A DNA stretch of 64,000 nt from Candidatus Eiseniibacteriota bacterium (lineage in GTDB: Bacteria; Eisenbacteria; RBG-16-71-46; JABDJR01), in contig CAVXKA010000002.1 in assembly GCA_963762255.1 (NCBI GenBank), positions 288,001 through 352,000 on the forward strand, written 5' to 3'. The notes beneath the pieces are model-generated. The model was not told the origin of the DNA, searched no databases, and worked only from the letters and a program-made list of their open reading frames with translations. The translations under genes were made by a program, and so were the position numbers. Below, piece after piece: positions 42,336 through 52,530 of this stretch. The stretch's first letter is position 1; each line of letters opens with the position of its first letter.

Positions 42336-43849
42336 CGCGCGCGCCTCCTGAGCAGGGCCGTCGCGGTGAGCGCGGCGAGAAGCCCCGCCACCACCCAGAG
42401 CACCCAGTTTCCGTGTCGCGCGTAGAAGGTGAGCTCGCGTCCCAGCTCCACCGGCGCCACCAGGTTCGTCTGCTCGAAAGTGCGCGACGACAACTCGACC
42501 GCGCCGTAGGGCGTGATCACCGCCGAGATCCCGGTGTTGGCGGCTCGCGCCATCCCCATCCGGTTCTCGATCGCCCGCAGGATGTTCATCTCGAAGTGCT
42601 GGACCGGCGCCGCCGAGTCGCCGAACCACTGGTCGTTGGTGATGTTGACGAGGTAGCGCGCGCCGTTGCGCGAGAGATCCCGCGCCGGGCCCGGAAAGAT
42701 CGACTCGAAGCAGATCAGCACGCCGAACGGAACCCCGGCCTGGTCGAAGACCCCCGGCCTCGTCCCGACGGAGAAGTTGGACTGGCCGAAATCGTAGCGA
42801 TTGAGAAAGGGTAACGGAAAATATTCGCTGAACGGAACCAAATGACGTTTATCGTATTGGGCGACGATGCCGCGGCCGGGGAGGATCAGCGCCGCGGAGT
42901 TCGTCCACCGCAGCGACCCGTCGGGGAGGCGCTCGCCGTCGGGGAAGCCGGCCAGGAGCGGCACCTGCGCGCTGTCGACCAGGCTCTCGACCATCTGGCG
43001 GTAGCGCGGCTCGCGGGGAAGCCGCACCGGAATCGCGGTCTCGGGCCAGACGACGAGCGCGAGCGGAGCGCCGCGGTTGGCGGCCACCAGTTCCTCGGTG
43101 CGCTCCAGCAGCGCGATCACCACGCTGTCCCTCACCCCGAGTTGCCACTTCTCGTTGCCCACGTTCGGCTGAACGATGCCGACGTCCACCGTAGGAGACG
43201 GCTCGCTCCCCCGCAACACCCAACGGCCGTGCTGGTAGGGGGCCACCGTCACCGCGGCCAGCACGAGGAGCATGGTGATCTTGGGGAGCATCCAGCGCGC
43301 GGCGAGGTAGGAATGGACGAGCCCGCTCACCAGGACGACCCAGAGGGTCACGCCCCACACGCCGGTCAGCGATGCGAACTGGATGAGATGCGGCAAGGGG
43401 GCGAGCGCGTAGCCGAGCGAGCCCCATGGAAAACCGAACGTGCCGGTGCCGCGGAGCGCCTCCGTCAGCGTCCACACGAGCGGAAAGGAAAGGCCGAGCG
43501 GCACGCCGCGGCGCTGCAGCCACACCGCAAAGGCCGCGGCCAGCGCGGGGTAGAGCGCCAGGTAGGCGACCATCAACGCCAGCGCGGGGTACATGAGGAA
43601 CGGAACGGTCACGTTCTCCGGAGGCAGCAGCGGAATCCAATAGAGCAGGATGATGAAGAAGACGGCGCCGGTGATGTAGCCGAGACCGAACGCGCGCCGC
43701 GGGGAGACGGTTTCGCCGATCGGCCCGTGAGGGGGCTTGAGCGCGATGAGGAGCGGAAGGAGGGCGACCAGCGAGACCATGCTCAGCGAAAACTTGGGAA
43801 ACGCCAGAGCAAGGAGAACACCGGAAAGAGCGGCGAGCGCGCGCTTCAC
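42332..43849 (-). CDS. lnt: Apolipoprotein N-acyltransferase
   Basis: GFPWGSLGY, VQPN, WPETA, YDKRHLVPFSE, ICFES, ITNDQWFG, ANTGIS. Confidence 0.96.
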   Translation of the reverse strand: MKRALAALSGVLLALAFPKFSLSMVSLVALLPLLIALKPPHGPIGETVSPRRAFGLGYITGAVFFIILLYWIPLLPPENVTVPFLMYPALALMVAYLALYPALAAAFAVWLQRRGVPLGLSFPLVWTLTEALRGTGTFGFPWGSLGYALAPLPHLIQFASLTGVWGVTLWVVLVSGLVHSYLAARWMLPKITMLLVLAAVTVAPYQHGRWVLRGSEPSPTVDVGIVQPNVGNEKWQLGVRDSVVIALLERTEELVAANRGAPLALVVWPETAIPVRLPREPRYRQMVESLVDSAQVPLLAGFPDGERLPDGSLRWTNSAALILPGRGIVAQYDKRHLVPFSEYFPLPFLNRYDFGQSNFSVGTRPGVFDQAGVPFGVLICFESIFPGPARDLSRNGARYLVNITNDQWFGDSAAPVQHFEMNILRAIENRMGMARAANTGISAVITPYGAVELSSRTFEQTNLVAPVELGRELTFYARHGNWVLWVVAGLLAALTATALLRRRAR

Positions 43850-43854
43850 GAGGG

Positions 43855-44877
43855 TCAGCCGAGCCGGATCTCGCGCCCTTCCAGGGCCGACTGATAGGTC
43901 GCCTCCAGGACGCGCAGCACGATCAGAGCATCCTCCCCCGACGAGACCGGAGTGGCGTCCCCCCGCACGCAGTCCACGAAGTGACGGATTTCGTTCTCAT
44001 AAGAGAGCTTGTACGTGTTGCGTCCGGTCGTCAGCGTCGGGGTCACGTTGACCAGGCTCCCGTGCATCTCCTTGTGCAGCCGCAGGGGATTCATGAGCGC
44101 GGCGCCGCGGTCGCCGAAGAGGTTCAGGTAGGCGAAGTCGCGCTCCATGAGAAGCCCCAGCGACACCTCCAGGGTGATGGTGACACCCCCTTCCACACGC
44201 AACAGCGCGGCCGCGCTCGTCTCCAACTCGTCGCGCTGCGGGCGCGGGTACGCGTTGGCGGTCACCGCCTCCACCTTCGGCATGCCCAGAAGCCACAGGG
44301 TCGTGTCGATCATCTGGGTGCCGAGATCGAGGAGCACTCCGCCGCCGGCGTAACGCTTCTTGGTCTTCCAGCTCTCGCCCCCCCAGTTTGCGGGTTGCAT
44401 GAGCCAACCGGTCTTCGCGTAGTAGACCGTACCCAGCTCGCCCTCGGCCACGAACCGCTTGAGGATCGCCGCGTCCTCGCGATAGCGGTTGTTGAAGCCG
44501 CTCATGAGGAGCTTCTTCTGCTTCTTCGCCGCCGCCACCATCTGCTCGGCTTCCTTGCTGTTCCGCGAGAAGGGCTTCTCGCAGAGCACGTGCTTCCCCG
44601 CTTCGAGGGCGGCGATGGCGGCCGGCGCGTGCAGGTGGTTGGGAAGACAGATGTCGACCGCGTCCACTTCATCCATGTCGATGAGATCCTGAAAGGACTT
44701 GGTCACGCGGGGCACGTTGAATCGCGTGGCCACGCGCTGCCCCTTGGCGAGATCGAGATCGCACAGCGCGGTCACGCTCACCCCCGGGATGCGCGCGTAC
44801 GCCGGGAGATGACTGACCTGGGCGATTCCCCCGACTCCGATGACCCCGATCCGGATCTCGCGTTCATCCTTCACCAC
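43855..44877 (-). CDS. Gfo/Idh/MocA family oxidoreductase
   Basis: IGVGGIA, HVLCEKP, GGGVLLDLG. Confidence 0.9.
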   Translation of the reverse strand: MVKDEREIRIGVIGVGGIAQVSHLPAYARIPGVSVTALCDLDLAKGQRVATRFNVPRVTKSFQDLIDMDEVDAVDICLPNHLHAPAAIAALEAGKHVLCEKPFSRNSKEAEQMVAAAKKQKKLLMSGFNNRYREDAAILKRFVAEGELGTVYYAKTGWLMQPANWGGESWKTKKRYAGGGVLLDLGTQMIDTTLWLLGMPKVEAVTANAYPRPQRDELETSAAALLRVEGGVTITLEVSLGLLMERDFAYLNLFGDRGAALMNPLRLHKEMHGSLVNVTPTLTTGRNTYKLSYENEIRHFVDCVRGDATPVSSGEDALIVLRVLEATYQSALEGREIRLG

Positions 44878-45902
44878 GACGCCCTACCCTCCATGCGCAC
44901 GGTACCGTCGCCCGGCACCACGTCGCCGATCACGAACCCGCCGAACCCGGCGCCGGTCAGCGCCTCGTCCACTCGCTCGCGGTCCACCCCAACGATCAGA
45001 CCCACGCCCATGTTGAAAGCGCGGAACATCTCCGTCTCCGGCACCTCGCCGCTTTCGGCGATGAGCTTGAAGAGCGGGGGCACGCTCCAGGCGGAGCATT
45101 TCACGCGCGCCGAGGTTCCCTCGGGGAGCACGCGGTTCAGGTTGCCGGGGATCCCGCCGCCGGTGATGTGGGCGGCCCCCTTCATGATCCCGCGCAGCGC
45201 GCGCAGGACAGGTCGATACGACCGATGCACGGCCAGCAGTGCGTCCCCCAGCGGAACCCCGGCACCGGGCACCTCGGCCTCTGGCGAGAGTCCCGCCTCA
45301 TCAAAGAGCGCGCGCCGGGCCAGCGAGTAGCCGTTGGTGTGAAGGCCCGTCGAGGGGAAGCCGAGAAGCGCGTCGCCCGGCCTGAGCGTGCGGCCGTCGA
45401 CGAAATCCTCGCGGCGCACCGTGCCCACGATGCATCCGACGAGGTCGAGATCGGGAGGGGTGTAGATGCCCGGCATCTCGGCGGTTTCCCCGCCGAGGAG
45501 CGCGCAGCCGTTGGCCCGGCACCCGCGCACCACCCCCTCCACCACCTGCTCCACCGTTGCCGGATCGAGCTTGCCCATGCCCACATAATCCAGGAAGAAG
45601 AGCGGATCGGCCCCGTGCACCCCGATGTCGCCCACGCAGTGGTTGACGAGATCCTCGCCAACGGTGTCGTAGCGGCCGAGCCGAGCCGCCACCTTCAGCT
45701 TGGTGCCTACGCCGTCCACGCTGGCCACCAGAAGGAGGTCGGGATCCCCGCCGGGAATCGTGCACACGCCGCCGAAGGAACCGAGGTCGGTGAGCACGTT
45801 GGGGCCATAGGTGGAGCGAACCCGCTCCTTGATGCGACGAACCGCCTCCCCGCCGGCGTCGATGTCCACTCCGGCGTCGCGATAGTGGAGGGGCGGCGTC
45901 AC
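44871..45902 (-). CDS. purM: AIR synthetase
   Basis: YRDAGVDI, DGVGTK, GGETAEMPG, GLHTNGYSL, AHITGGG, FNMGVG. Confidence 0.97.
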   Translation of the reverse strand: MTPPLHYRDAGVDIDAGGEAVRRIKERVRSTYGPNVLTDLGSFGGVCTIPGGDPDLLLVASVDGVGTKLKVAARLGRYDTVGEDLVNHCVGDIGVHGADPLFFLDYVGMGKLDPATVEQVVEGVVRGCRANGCALLGGETAEMPGIYTPPDLDLVGCIVGTVRREDFVDGRTLRPGDALLGFPSTGLHTNGYSLARRALFDEAGLSPEAEVPGAGVPLGDALLAVHRSYRPVLRALRGIMKGAAHITGGGIPGNLNRVLPEGTSARVKCSAWSVPPLFKLIAESGEVPETEMFRAFNMGVGLIVGVDRERVDEALTGAGFGGFVIGDVVPGDGTVRMEGRASW

Positions 45903-45912
45903 GGCGACCCCC

Positions 45913-47307
45913 CTACACCGTGCTCGCGCTGACGAGCTCGGGCCGGGCCAGCGGCTCCGGCTCGACCGCCGCCGGTAGCGTCGGAGTCCCCACCTTGATC
46001 TCGCCGCGGGAAACGAGACGCTCCAACGCTTCCACCACCGCCGGATCGAATTGCGATCCCGTGCAACGGCGCAGCTCGGACAATGCCTTCTCCAGCGTGA
46101 ATGCCTTGCGGTAGACCCGGTCGGAGGTCATGGCGTCAAACGCGTCCGCGACCATGACGATGCGCGCTCCCAACGGGAGATCGCGGTTCGGGAGCCGATG
46201 GTAGCCGTTTCCGTCGAGCCGCTCGTGGTGGAATCGCACCAGCGGAGCCACCGGTCGGAATGCGCGCACGCGCTCGAGGATGTCCGCGCCGAGTCCGGCG
46301 TGCAGGCTGACATGGTCCATCTCCTCGCGCGTCAGAGGGCCGGGCTTGAGGATCAGTTCCCGCTGCGAGGTCTTGATCTTGCCGATGTCGTGCAGGAGGC
46401 CGCCGTACTCGACCTTCTCCACCGCCCGCTCGGGGAGACCCATCTCGCGCCCGATCTGTCCGGCGTAGCGGCTCACCCGCTGCGAGTGCAGGCTGGTGTA
46501 GGGATCGAACTCGTCGATGACCCCCGCCAGCACGCCCGCGAAGTCGATGAGATCGCGCTTGGCTTCGGCGTAGAGCTTGAAGCTGTAGCGGGCGAGGAGG
46601 AGCGGCAGAACGAAGAGCACGACGCCCCACACGCCGAGCGCTCGGAAGGCCACCGCGAGCGCGGCACCGAAAGGCAGCGAGGCCACCATGTGGAAGATCG
46701 TCCAGACGTAGTTGATCTGCCACACCTGCCACATGCGCCGGCGCTCCGAGAGCGCGATCACGGTGCTCACGATCAGCGTGTTGAGCGTGTAGTACGCGAG
46801 CCCCATGCCGAGGATGGGGACAAGGCTCTGCGGGAACGCCAGCGCCTCGCCGGGCACGCCCCCCAGAAGCTGGAAAACCCGACCGGCCACGAGCACCGTG
46901 CCGGCGAAAGCCGCGGCGTTGAACACCGATTTCTGGAATGGCCGGCGCTGACACCCGACCTGCAGCACCAGAGTGGCCATGAACTCGGCCAGCGCGGTGG
47001 GTATCGGGCCGAGGATGAGAATGCCCGCGTAATCGACGGTGGAGGAGACGGTGATGTAGCCGCCGCCGGGCAGCGTCACCGGAGCGGCATCGGTGACAAG
47101 GATGAGCAGGGCCCAGAGAAGGATCAGAAGCCACGGTGCGCCGACGAGACCGGGGACGCTCCAACCCAGGAGAAGCAGCCCCCCGCCCACGATGAAGACG
47201 TAGTAAGGCATGAACCAGCGGGACGGTTGCACCGCAATCGATCCGGCGCAGACCGGGGACGCCGGCGCACCGTCTCTCCTCGCGCCTCCCCACAGGCGCA
47301 TCCGCAT
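45913..47307 (-). CDS. Multi-TM HD-GYP domain phosphohydrolase
   Basis: About 7-8 hydrophobic segments, then DPYTSLHSQRV, LLHDIGK, HHERLDGNGYH, VADAFDAMTSDRVYR; GGAGGG RBS before ATG 47307. Confidence 0.92.
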   Translation of the reverse strand: MRMRLWGGARRDGAPASPVCAGSIAVQPSRWFMPYYVFIVGGGLLLLGWSVPGLVGAPWLLILLWALLILVTDAAPVTLPGGGYITVSSTVDYAGILILGPIPTALAEFMATLVLQVGCQRRPFQKSVFNAAAFAGTVLVAGRVFQLLGGVPGEALAFPQSLVPILGMGLAYYTLNTLIVSTVIALSERRRMWQVWQINYVWTIFHMVASLPFGAALAVAFRALGVWGVVLFVLPLLLARYSFKLYAEAKRDLIDFAGVLAGVIDEFDPYTSLHSQRVSRYAGQIGREMGLPERAVEKVEYGGLLHDIGKIKTSQRELILKPGPLTREEMDHVSLHAGLGADILERVRAFRPVAPLVRFHHERLDGNGYHRLPNRDLPLGARIVMVADAFDAMTSDRVYRKAFTLEKALSELRRCTGSQFDPAVVEALERLVSRGEIKVGTPTLPAAVEPEPLARPELVSASTV

Positions 47308-47359
47308 GGTCAGAGCCCTCCGTTAAAAATGAACCGGCCGACGAATCACTACCCTGCGA

Positions 47360-47422
47360 CTAGATCCACCCGGACTTGCCGTCAAAAATCAGGGACATAA
47401 GGCTCAAGAGAAGCTCCCACAT
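47360..47422 (-). CDS. Putative 20-aa small hydrophobic peptide MWELLLSLMSLIFDGKSGWI
   Basis: Below the ORF-track cutoff. AAGGAG RBS 7 nt before the ATG, TAG stop, co-oriented between the hypothetical gene and the HD-GYP gene. Confidence 0.65.
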   Translation of the reverse strand: MWELLLSLMSLIFDGKSGWI

Positions 47423-47525
47423 AGCCACACTCCTTGGTTTGGGCTTGATGCATGCTGGCTGCCGTGTGGATCGCTTCGCTCTTTCGCTTGCTTGGCTCCG
47501 TTACGCGCTTTGGTGGATGTCTGTC

Positions 47526-48290
47526 TCAGGACATGGTCGTCGGCCGGATCTCGTACTCCACCGGCTCCCGGTACCGGAGCCTGCCCAGAGTACGATTGAG
47601 GCTGTCCAACGTACCATAGACCACGGACTGCTGCAAATCGTGGCTGACCACGCAAGACCCGGTTAACGTCTTCTCGATTCGATCTTTAAAGAACTTGATT
47701 GCAACGAGAACTACCTCCTCCCCCCCGAACTCCAGAACCTCGAGATCGATCAGGGAGAGGACGTAGGAATCGTCCAGGAAGCGTGAAATGGCGGAGAGCG
47801 TCGCCTCCGCGATGAGCCGCGGCACCTGGCGCCGGGTATTGGCCCCCACCGCGTCGCCCACCGCCTCGCGATCCCCAAGCGAGAGTTCCACGCGGGCCCG
47901 GCAGGTGGACTGGTCGATACCGACGGTCACCCCCACGAACCGGAGCCGGATGGCTGCGGGTTCCTCATCGACGCGCCCCGCGGGGAGGGTCAGCACGGTG
48001 GGAAGCGTTCGGGCCGCCGGCTCGGGCACCACCTCCAGCGAGGGTTCGCGCTTCTGTGCTACCGAGATCTTTCGATAGTCGACGTCGACCTGGAACTCGG
48101 CGCGCAGAGCGGAGCGCACATCACGCACGATTTGCTTGGGAGGGCGCTGCCCTTCGGCCAGGATGCTGATCTCGGTGATCTCGCGGCCGTCTTCGGACAG
48201 CGTGATGCCGACCCCGGCGATGTCGCGGAGGCTGAGCAGAAGCTTCTCCGCTTGGGCCACCCAATCGCGGCCCCAGGACCCGTCGTTCAA
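47526..48290 (-). CDS. Conserved hypothetical cytoplasmic protein
   Basis: PKQIVRDVRSAL..VDYRKISVAQ N-domain and two beta-alpha C-terminal repeats ending AEATLSAIS and VYGTLDSLNR; TTG start. Confidence 0.8.
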   Translation of the reverse strand: MNDGSWGRDWVAQAEKLLLSLRDIAGVGITLSEDGREITEISILAEGQRPPKQIVRDVRSALRAEFQVDVDYRKISVAQKREPSLEVVPEPAARTLPTVLTLPAGRVDEEPAAIRLRFVGVTVGIDQSTCRARVELSLGDREAVGDAVGANTRRQVPRLIAEATLSAISRFLDDSYVLSLIDLEVLEFGGEEVVLVAIKFFKDRIEKTLTGSCVVSHDLQQSVVYGTLDSLNRTLGRLRYREPVEYEIRPTTMS

Positions 48291-48322
48291 TCCGCCCCCT
48301 CTGCCAAGAAAGGTTGACCGTC

Positions 48323-48351
48323 TTTATACCAGAGCGGCCGGAAAGTGACAA
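48323..48351 (-). promoter_or_regulatory. Sigma70 promoter with extended -10
   Basis: Minus strand TTGTCA-17 bp-TATAAA, with TGn immediately before the -10. Confidence 0.75.
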
Positions 48352-48370
48352 GGCTAGAGGGGACAACGCC

Positions 48371-49273
48371 TTAGAAAACCACCATCCGGTGCATCTCCTG
48401 AAACCGGGCCTCGATCTCCTCGCGGCTGGCGGTAGCCAGGCGCTCGAGGCTGAAGGCCTCCACCGTGAACGAGGCGAGAACGGTGCCGTAGATGGCGGCG
48501 CGGCGGACGTCCGCCTCCTGGCAGGGGGCGGGGCAGGAGGCCAAGTAGCCCAGGAACCCGCCGGCAAAGGTGTCCCCCGCTCCCGTCGGATCGTGAATGA
48601 CTTCGGTTGGGTAGGCGGGGGCGGAGAAGGTGAACTCGCGGGTGAGAACGAGCGACCCGTGCTCCCCCTTCTTGATGATGACCATGGGCGGCCCCATCTC
48701 CATGGTCTTGCGCGCAGCTCGCACCAGGTGGGGCTCTCCGGTGAGCATGCGGACTTCCTCGTCGTTGAGCAGCACCACATCCACGCGGCGCAGCGTGTCG
48801 GCGAGGGCCTCGCGGCTCCCCTCGATCCACAAGTTCATGGTGTCGAGCACCACGAGATCCGGCTTCTCCACCTGATCCAGCACCGCCGCCTGCAGCTCGG
48901 GATGGATGTTGGCCAGAAACACGTGACGGGAGCGGCGATGCTCCTCGGAAAGACGCGGCTGGAACGTGGCGAACACGTTGAGTTGCGTATCGAGGGTGCG
49001 GCGCGTGTTGAAGTCGAAGCCGTACTCCCCGGACCAGCGGAAGGACCGACCCGGCGCGACCACCAGACCGGAGATGTCGATCCCTCGCTCGCGGAAGAAG
49101 TCGATGTGCCGCCGGGGGAAGTCCTCCCCGACGACCGCCACCATCGATACGGGAGCGAAATGCTGCGCGGCCACGGAAAAGTAAGATGCCGACCCACCGA
49201 GGGCGTCGGGGGCCTCTCCGAAGGGCGTCTTTATCGAGTCCAGGGCCACCGAGCCCACCACGAGCACGCTCAC
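48371..49273 (-). CDS. PfkB family carbohydrate/nucleoside kinase
   Basis: GSVALDSI, LGGSASY, IKKGEHG, DPTGAGDTFAGGF. Confidence 0.92.
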   Translation of the reverse strand: MSVLVVGSVALDSIKTPFGEAPDALGGSASYFSVAAQHFAPVSMVAVVGEDFPRRHIDFFRERGIDISGLVVAPGRSFRWSGEYGFDFNTRRTLDTQLNVFATFQPRLSEEHRRSRHVFLANIHPELQAAVLDQVEKPDLVVLDTMNLWIEGSREALADTLRRVDVVLLNDEEVRMLTGEPHLVRAARKTMEMGPPMVIIKKGEHGSLVLTREFTFSAPAYPTEVIHDPTGAGDTFAGGFLGYLASCPAPCQEADVRRAAIYGTVLASFTVEAFSLERLATASREEIEARFQEMHRMVVF

Positions 49274-49310
49274 CTCGCTGATCCTCCTCTTCGGGCCGAG
49301 GGCCCGTTCC

Positions 49311-50962
49311 CTACATGCGCTCCGGGGCGTCGATGTCCAGGAGGGCGAGCCCGTTGGCCAGCACGAGCCGCGCTCCCTGGGTCAGAGCCAGTCGCGCGGC
49401 GCTGAGCCGGGGCTCGGCCCCCACCACGCGGCAATGGTGATAGAAGAGATGAAACGCCTGCGCGACGTCGCGGAGATACGTGGTCACCCGATGCGGCTCG
49501 CGCGCCTCGGCCGCTCCCGCCACCACCGACGGCAGCATGAGGAGGACCTTCATCAACTCCAGTTCCTGCTCCTCGACCAGGAGCGCCAGATCCGCCCCTT
49601 CCGACGACGGCGCTCCCTCTTCCGCCGCCTTGCGCAGAAGCCCCGAGATGCGGGCGTGGGCGTACTTCACGTAGAAGACCGGGTTCTCGTCGCTCTGCTT
49701 TCTGGCGAGATCCATGTCGAAGTCGAGGTGGCTCTCGGCGCGACGCTGCAGGAAGAAGAAGATCGCGGCGTCCTTGCCGACGTCCTCGAGGAGATCGACG
49801 AGGGTGATGAACTCCCCGCGGCGCTTGGACATCTTGACCGGTTGGCCGCCGGCGAGCAGGTTCACCTGTTGAACGATGAGCACTTCGAGCCAGTCGCGCC
49901 CGTAGCCCAGGGCCTCCATCCCCGCTTGCATGCGGCCGATGTAGCCGTGGTGATCGGGGCCCCAGATGTCGATGACCTTCTCGAACCCCCGCTCGTGCTT
50001 GTCCACGTGGTACGCGAGGTCGGCGAGGAAGTAGGTAGGCTCGCCGTTGGCCCGCACCAGCACGCGGTCCTGGTCGTCGCCGAAGGCCGTGGAGTGGAAC
50101 CACACCGCGCCGTCGCGTTCCTCGACCCGCCCCAACCGGCGCATCTCGTCGAGCGCATGCCACACCCGGTCCGGATAGAGCTCGCTCTGGCGGAACCAGC
50201 GGTCGAAGGTGGCGCCGTAGGCGGCGAGATCGCGCCGCTGCCAGGCCTGGATACGGTCCACGGCGATGCGGCTCATCGCCGAGCGCGGGCGCCCGCGTCG
50301 TCGAGGGCCAGCACGGAGTCGACCTCCGCCGCATCCAGCTCTCGCGCCACGTCCTTCAGGTACTCGCCCTGGTATCCCCCCTCCGGGATGACCGCCTCGC
50401 CCTCGCCGCGCGCCTCGCGCCAGCGGGCGAGAAGGCTCTCCCCGAGCAGGTCGATCTGCCGTCCCACGTTGTTCACGTAGAACTCGGAGGCCGCGTCGTA
50501 GCCCGCCGCGGCAAGCAGGCGCGTGAGCGCTCCGCCGAACGCCGCGGCGCGGGCGTTCACCACGTTCAGGGGGCCTGTGGGGTTCGCGCTCACGAACTCC
50601 ACCTGCACGCGCTTGCCGGCGCCGGTGTCGCTCTTGCCCCAGTCCGGTCCGGCGGCGAGGATCTCGCCGAGGCCCCGCTGCACGAGCGCGGGGGCGAGGC
50701 GAAGGTTGATGAAGCCGGGGCCGGCGATCTCGACCGACGCGAAGAGGTCCGCGCGCGCGCGAAGCGCGGCGGCCAGCGGCTCGGCCACCTCTCGCGGAGC
50801 CCGCCGGAGCGGCTTGGCCAGCAGCATCGCGGCGCTGGTGGCGAAGTCGCCGTGCCCCTTCTCGCGCGGGACTTCGATCTCGGCGACGATCCCGGTCTGT
50901 GCCGCCTCGGGCACCGCCTGCCGAAGCGCCTCGCTCAGCGCCTCACGAATCTGCCGTTCCAT
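49311..50962 (-). CDS. argS: Arginine--tRNA ligase (apparent frameshift near 50275)
   Basis: GDFATSAA, AGPGFIN and EFVSANPTGP in 50273..50962; WGPDHHGY, KMSKRRG and NPVFYVKYAHAR in 49311..50276. Confidence 0.94.
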
Positions 50963-51324
50963 CGTCCTTCTTCTCCAGCGGCGCGTCGGCCCACAACCGT
51001 TCCAGGGTGTAGACGTCGCGCGTGCGGGCGTGGAAGACGTGGACCACCACGTGCACGTAGTCGAGAAGCACCCACGTCCTCATCTTCATCCCCTCCACGT
51101 GCCACGGCTCTCTCCCCCGTCTCGCGCAAACCTTCCTCGATGCGCTCCGCCACCGCCGCCACCTGCGGCTCGGACTGCGCGCTCGCGATGACGAAGTAGT
51201 CGCAGACAGCGGCAGTCTTGCGCAGGTCGAGGACCACCACATCGGTGGCCAGCTTCTCGAGCGCAAGGTCCGCCGCACGGTCGGCCAGGGCGCGTGAGTC
51301 GGGGAGAGGGCGGGTCTTGTTCAC
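50943..51324 (-). CDS. rsfS: Ribosome silencing factor (frameshift near 51115)
   Basis: DVVVLDLR, DYFVIAS, then WVLLDYVHVVVHVF..YTLERLWADA in a second frame. Confidence 0.9.
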
Positions 51325-51330
51325 GCCGGG

Positions 51331-52341
51331 CTACTGGCGCCGATCGAGAACGTACTCCACGGCGTCGTGGAGCGTGTCGCGAATGGGGTTGGAATCGAAG
51401 ACGTCGAGCAACTCGATCGCACGATCGGCGTAGCTGCGGGCGCGCTGGCGGGCGTAGGCGAGGCCGCCGTACTCGTCGGCGAAATGCGCCACCTCGGCGG
51501 CGCCCCCGTCGTCGAGATCGCCCGCGGTCATGCGCTCGCGGATGCGCTCCACCACGGCCGGCGGGGCGCTGCGCGCCGCGTGAATGAGGGGAAGCGTGAT
51601 CTTGCCGTCCCGGATGTCGGAACGTGTGTTCTTGCCCATGACATTGGCGTCACCCTCGATGTCGAGGATGTCGTCGGTGATCTGGAAGGCCATGCCGAGG
51701 TTCAGACCGAAATCGGTGAGCACCCGGCGCTCGCGCCCGTCTCCCCAGGCGAGGTAGGCGCCGATCTCGCAGGCGGCGGCCAGGAGTACCGCCGTCTTGT
51801 CCATGATCAGCCGGTTGTAGACCTCTTCGGTGAGGTCGAAGTTGAGCTGGTGCTCGAGCTCCAGCATCTCGCCCAGGCTCATGCGGTGAGTGGTGCGGGC
51901 CAGCACGTGCATCGGCTCCAACATCCCCCGCTCCACCAGCAGGAAGAAGGCCTTGGAGTAGAGATAGTCGCCCATGATCACCGAGGTCTGGTCGTTCCAG
52001 AGACTGTTCACGGTGGGAATGCCCCGGCGCAGGAAGGAGCGGTCGATGGAGTCGTCGTGGACCAGGGTGGCGGTGTGCACCAACTCCACGATGGTCGCGG
52101 CGAGAATCGCATCCGAGGAGGCCGGTCCGCGAAGACGGTTGACGAGCAACAGCAAGGTAGGGCGGAATCGCTTGCCGTTGGCCCGGAGCATGTGGGTCGA
52201 GATCTCGTTGATGAGCCGCACATCGGAGACGAAGAAGCGGGCAAGCTCTTCCCGGACCCGGGCGAGTTCGTCCCCCACCGGGCGCTGCAGGTCGTCCATG
52301 GTGACCCGAAGGCTCGCGTCCGTTCCCTGGGCTCTTTCCAT
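51331..52341 (-). CDS. Long-chain polyprenyl diphosphate synthase
   Basis: GKRFRP, HTATLVHDDSID..RRG, KTA, AFQITDDILD, GKITLP; start uncertain (52341 or 52299). Confidence 0.93.
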   Translation of the reverse strand: MERAQGTDASLRVTMDDLQRPVGDELARVREELARFFVSDVRLINEISTHMLRANGKRFRPTLLLLVNRLRGPASSDAILAATIVELVHTATLVHDDSIDRSFLRRGIPTVNSLWNDQTSVIMGDYLYSKAFFLLVERGMLEPMHVLARTTHRMSLGEMLELEHQLNFDLTEEVYNRLIMDKTAVLLAAACEIGAYLAWGDGRERRVLTDFGLNLGMAFQITDDILDIEGDANVMGKNTRSDIRDGKITLPLIHAARSAPPAVVERIRERMTAGDLDDGGAAEVAHFADEYGGLAYARQRARSYADRAIELLDVFDSNPIRDTLHDAVEYVLDRRQ

Positions 52342-52530
52342 CATCGATACGGGTTCCTGGGCGCCACGGTCAACGTGCGCAGCAACGGATCGGTGTGGGT
52401 GGACCTGTGGCGGGATGGCCGCGGAGTAGCCGGCCGCGGGGGTTCGCGGCGAGCACACCAAGGACGTCGGAACCGCCGGCACGGCGGTCCCAGGGGCTCG
52501 AGCACCCGCCTGGAAATCGGACGAACCGTA

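Noticed and set aside
49311-50962. Naturally split ArgRS
   Set aside because: The break is mid-catalytic domain in an indel-rich region; a single-base error is more parsimonious.
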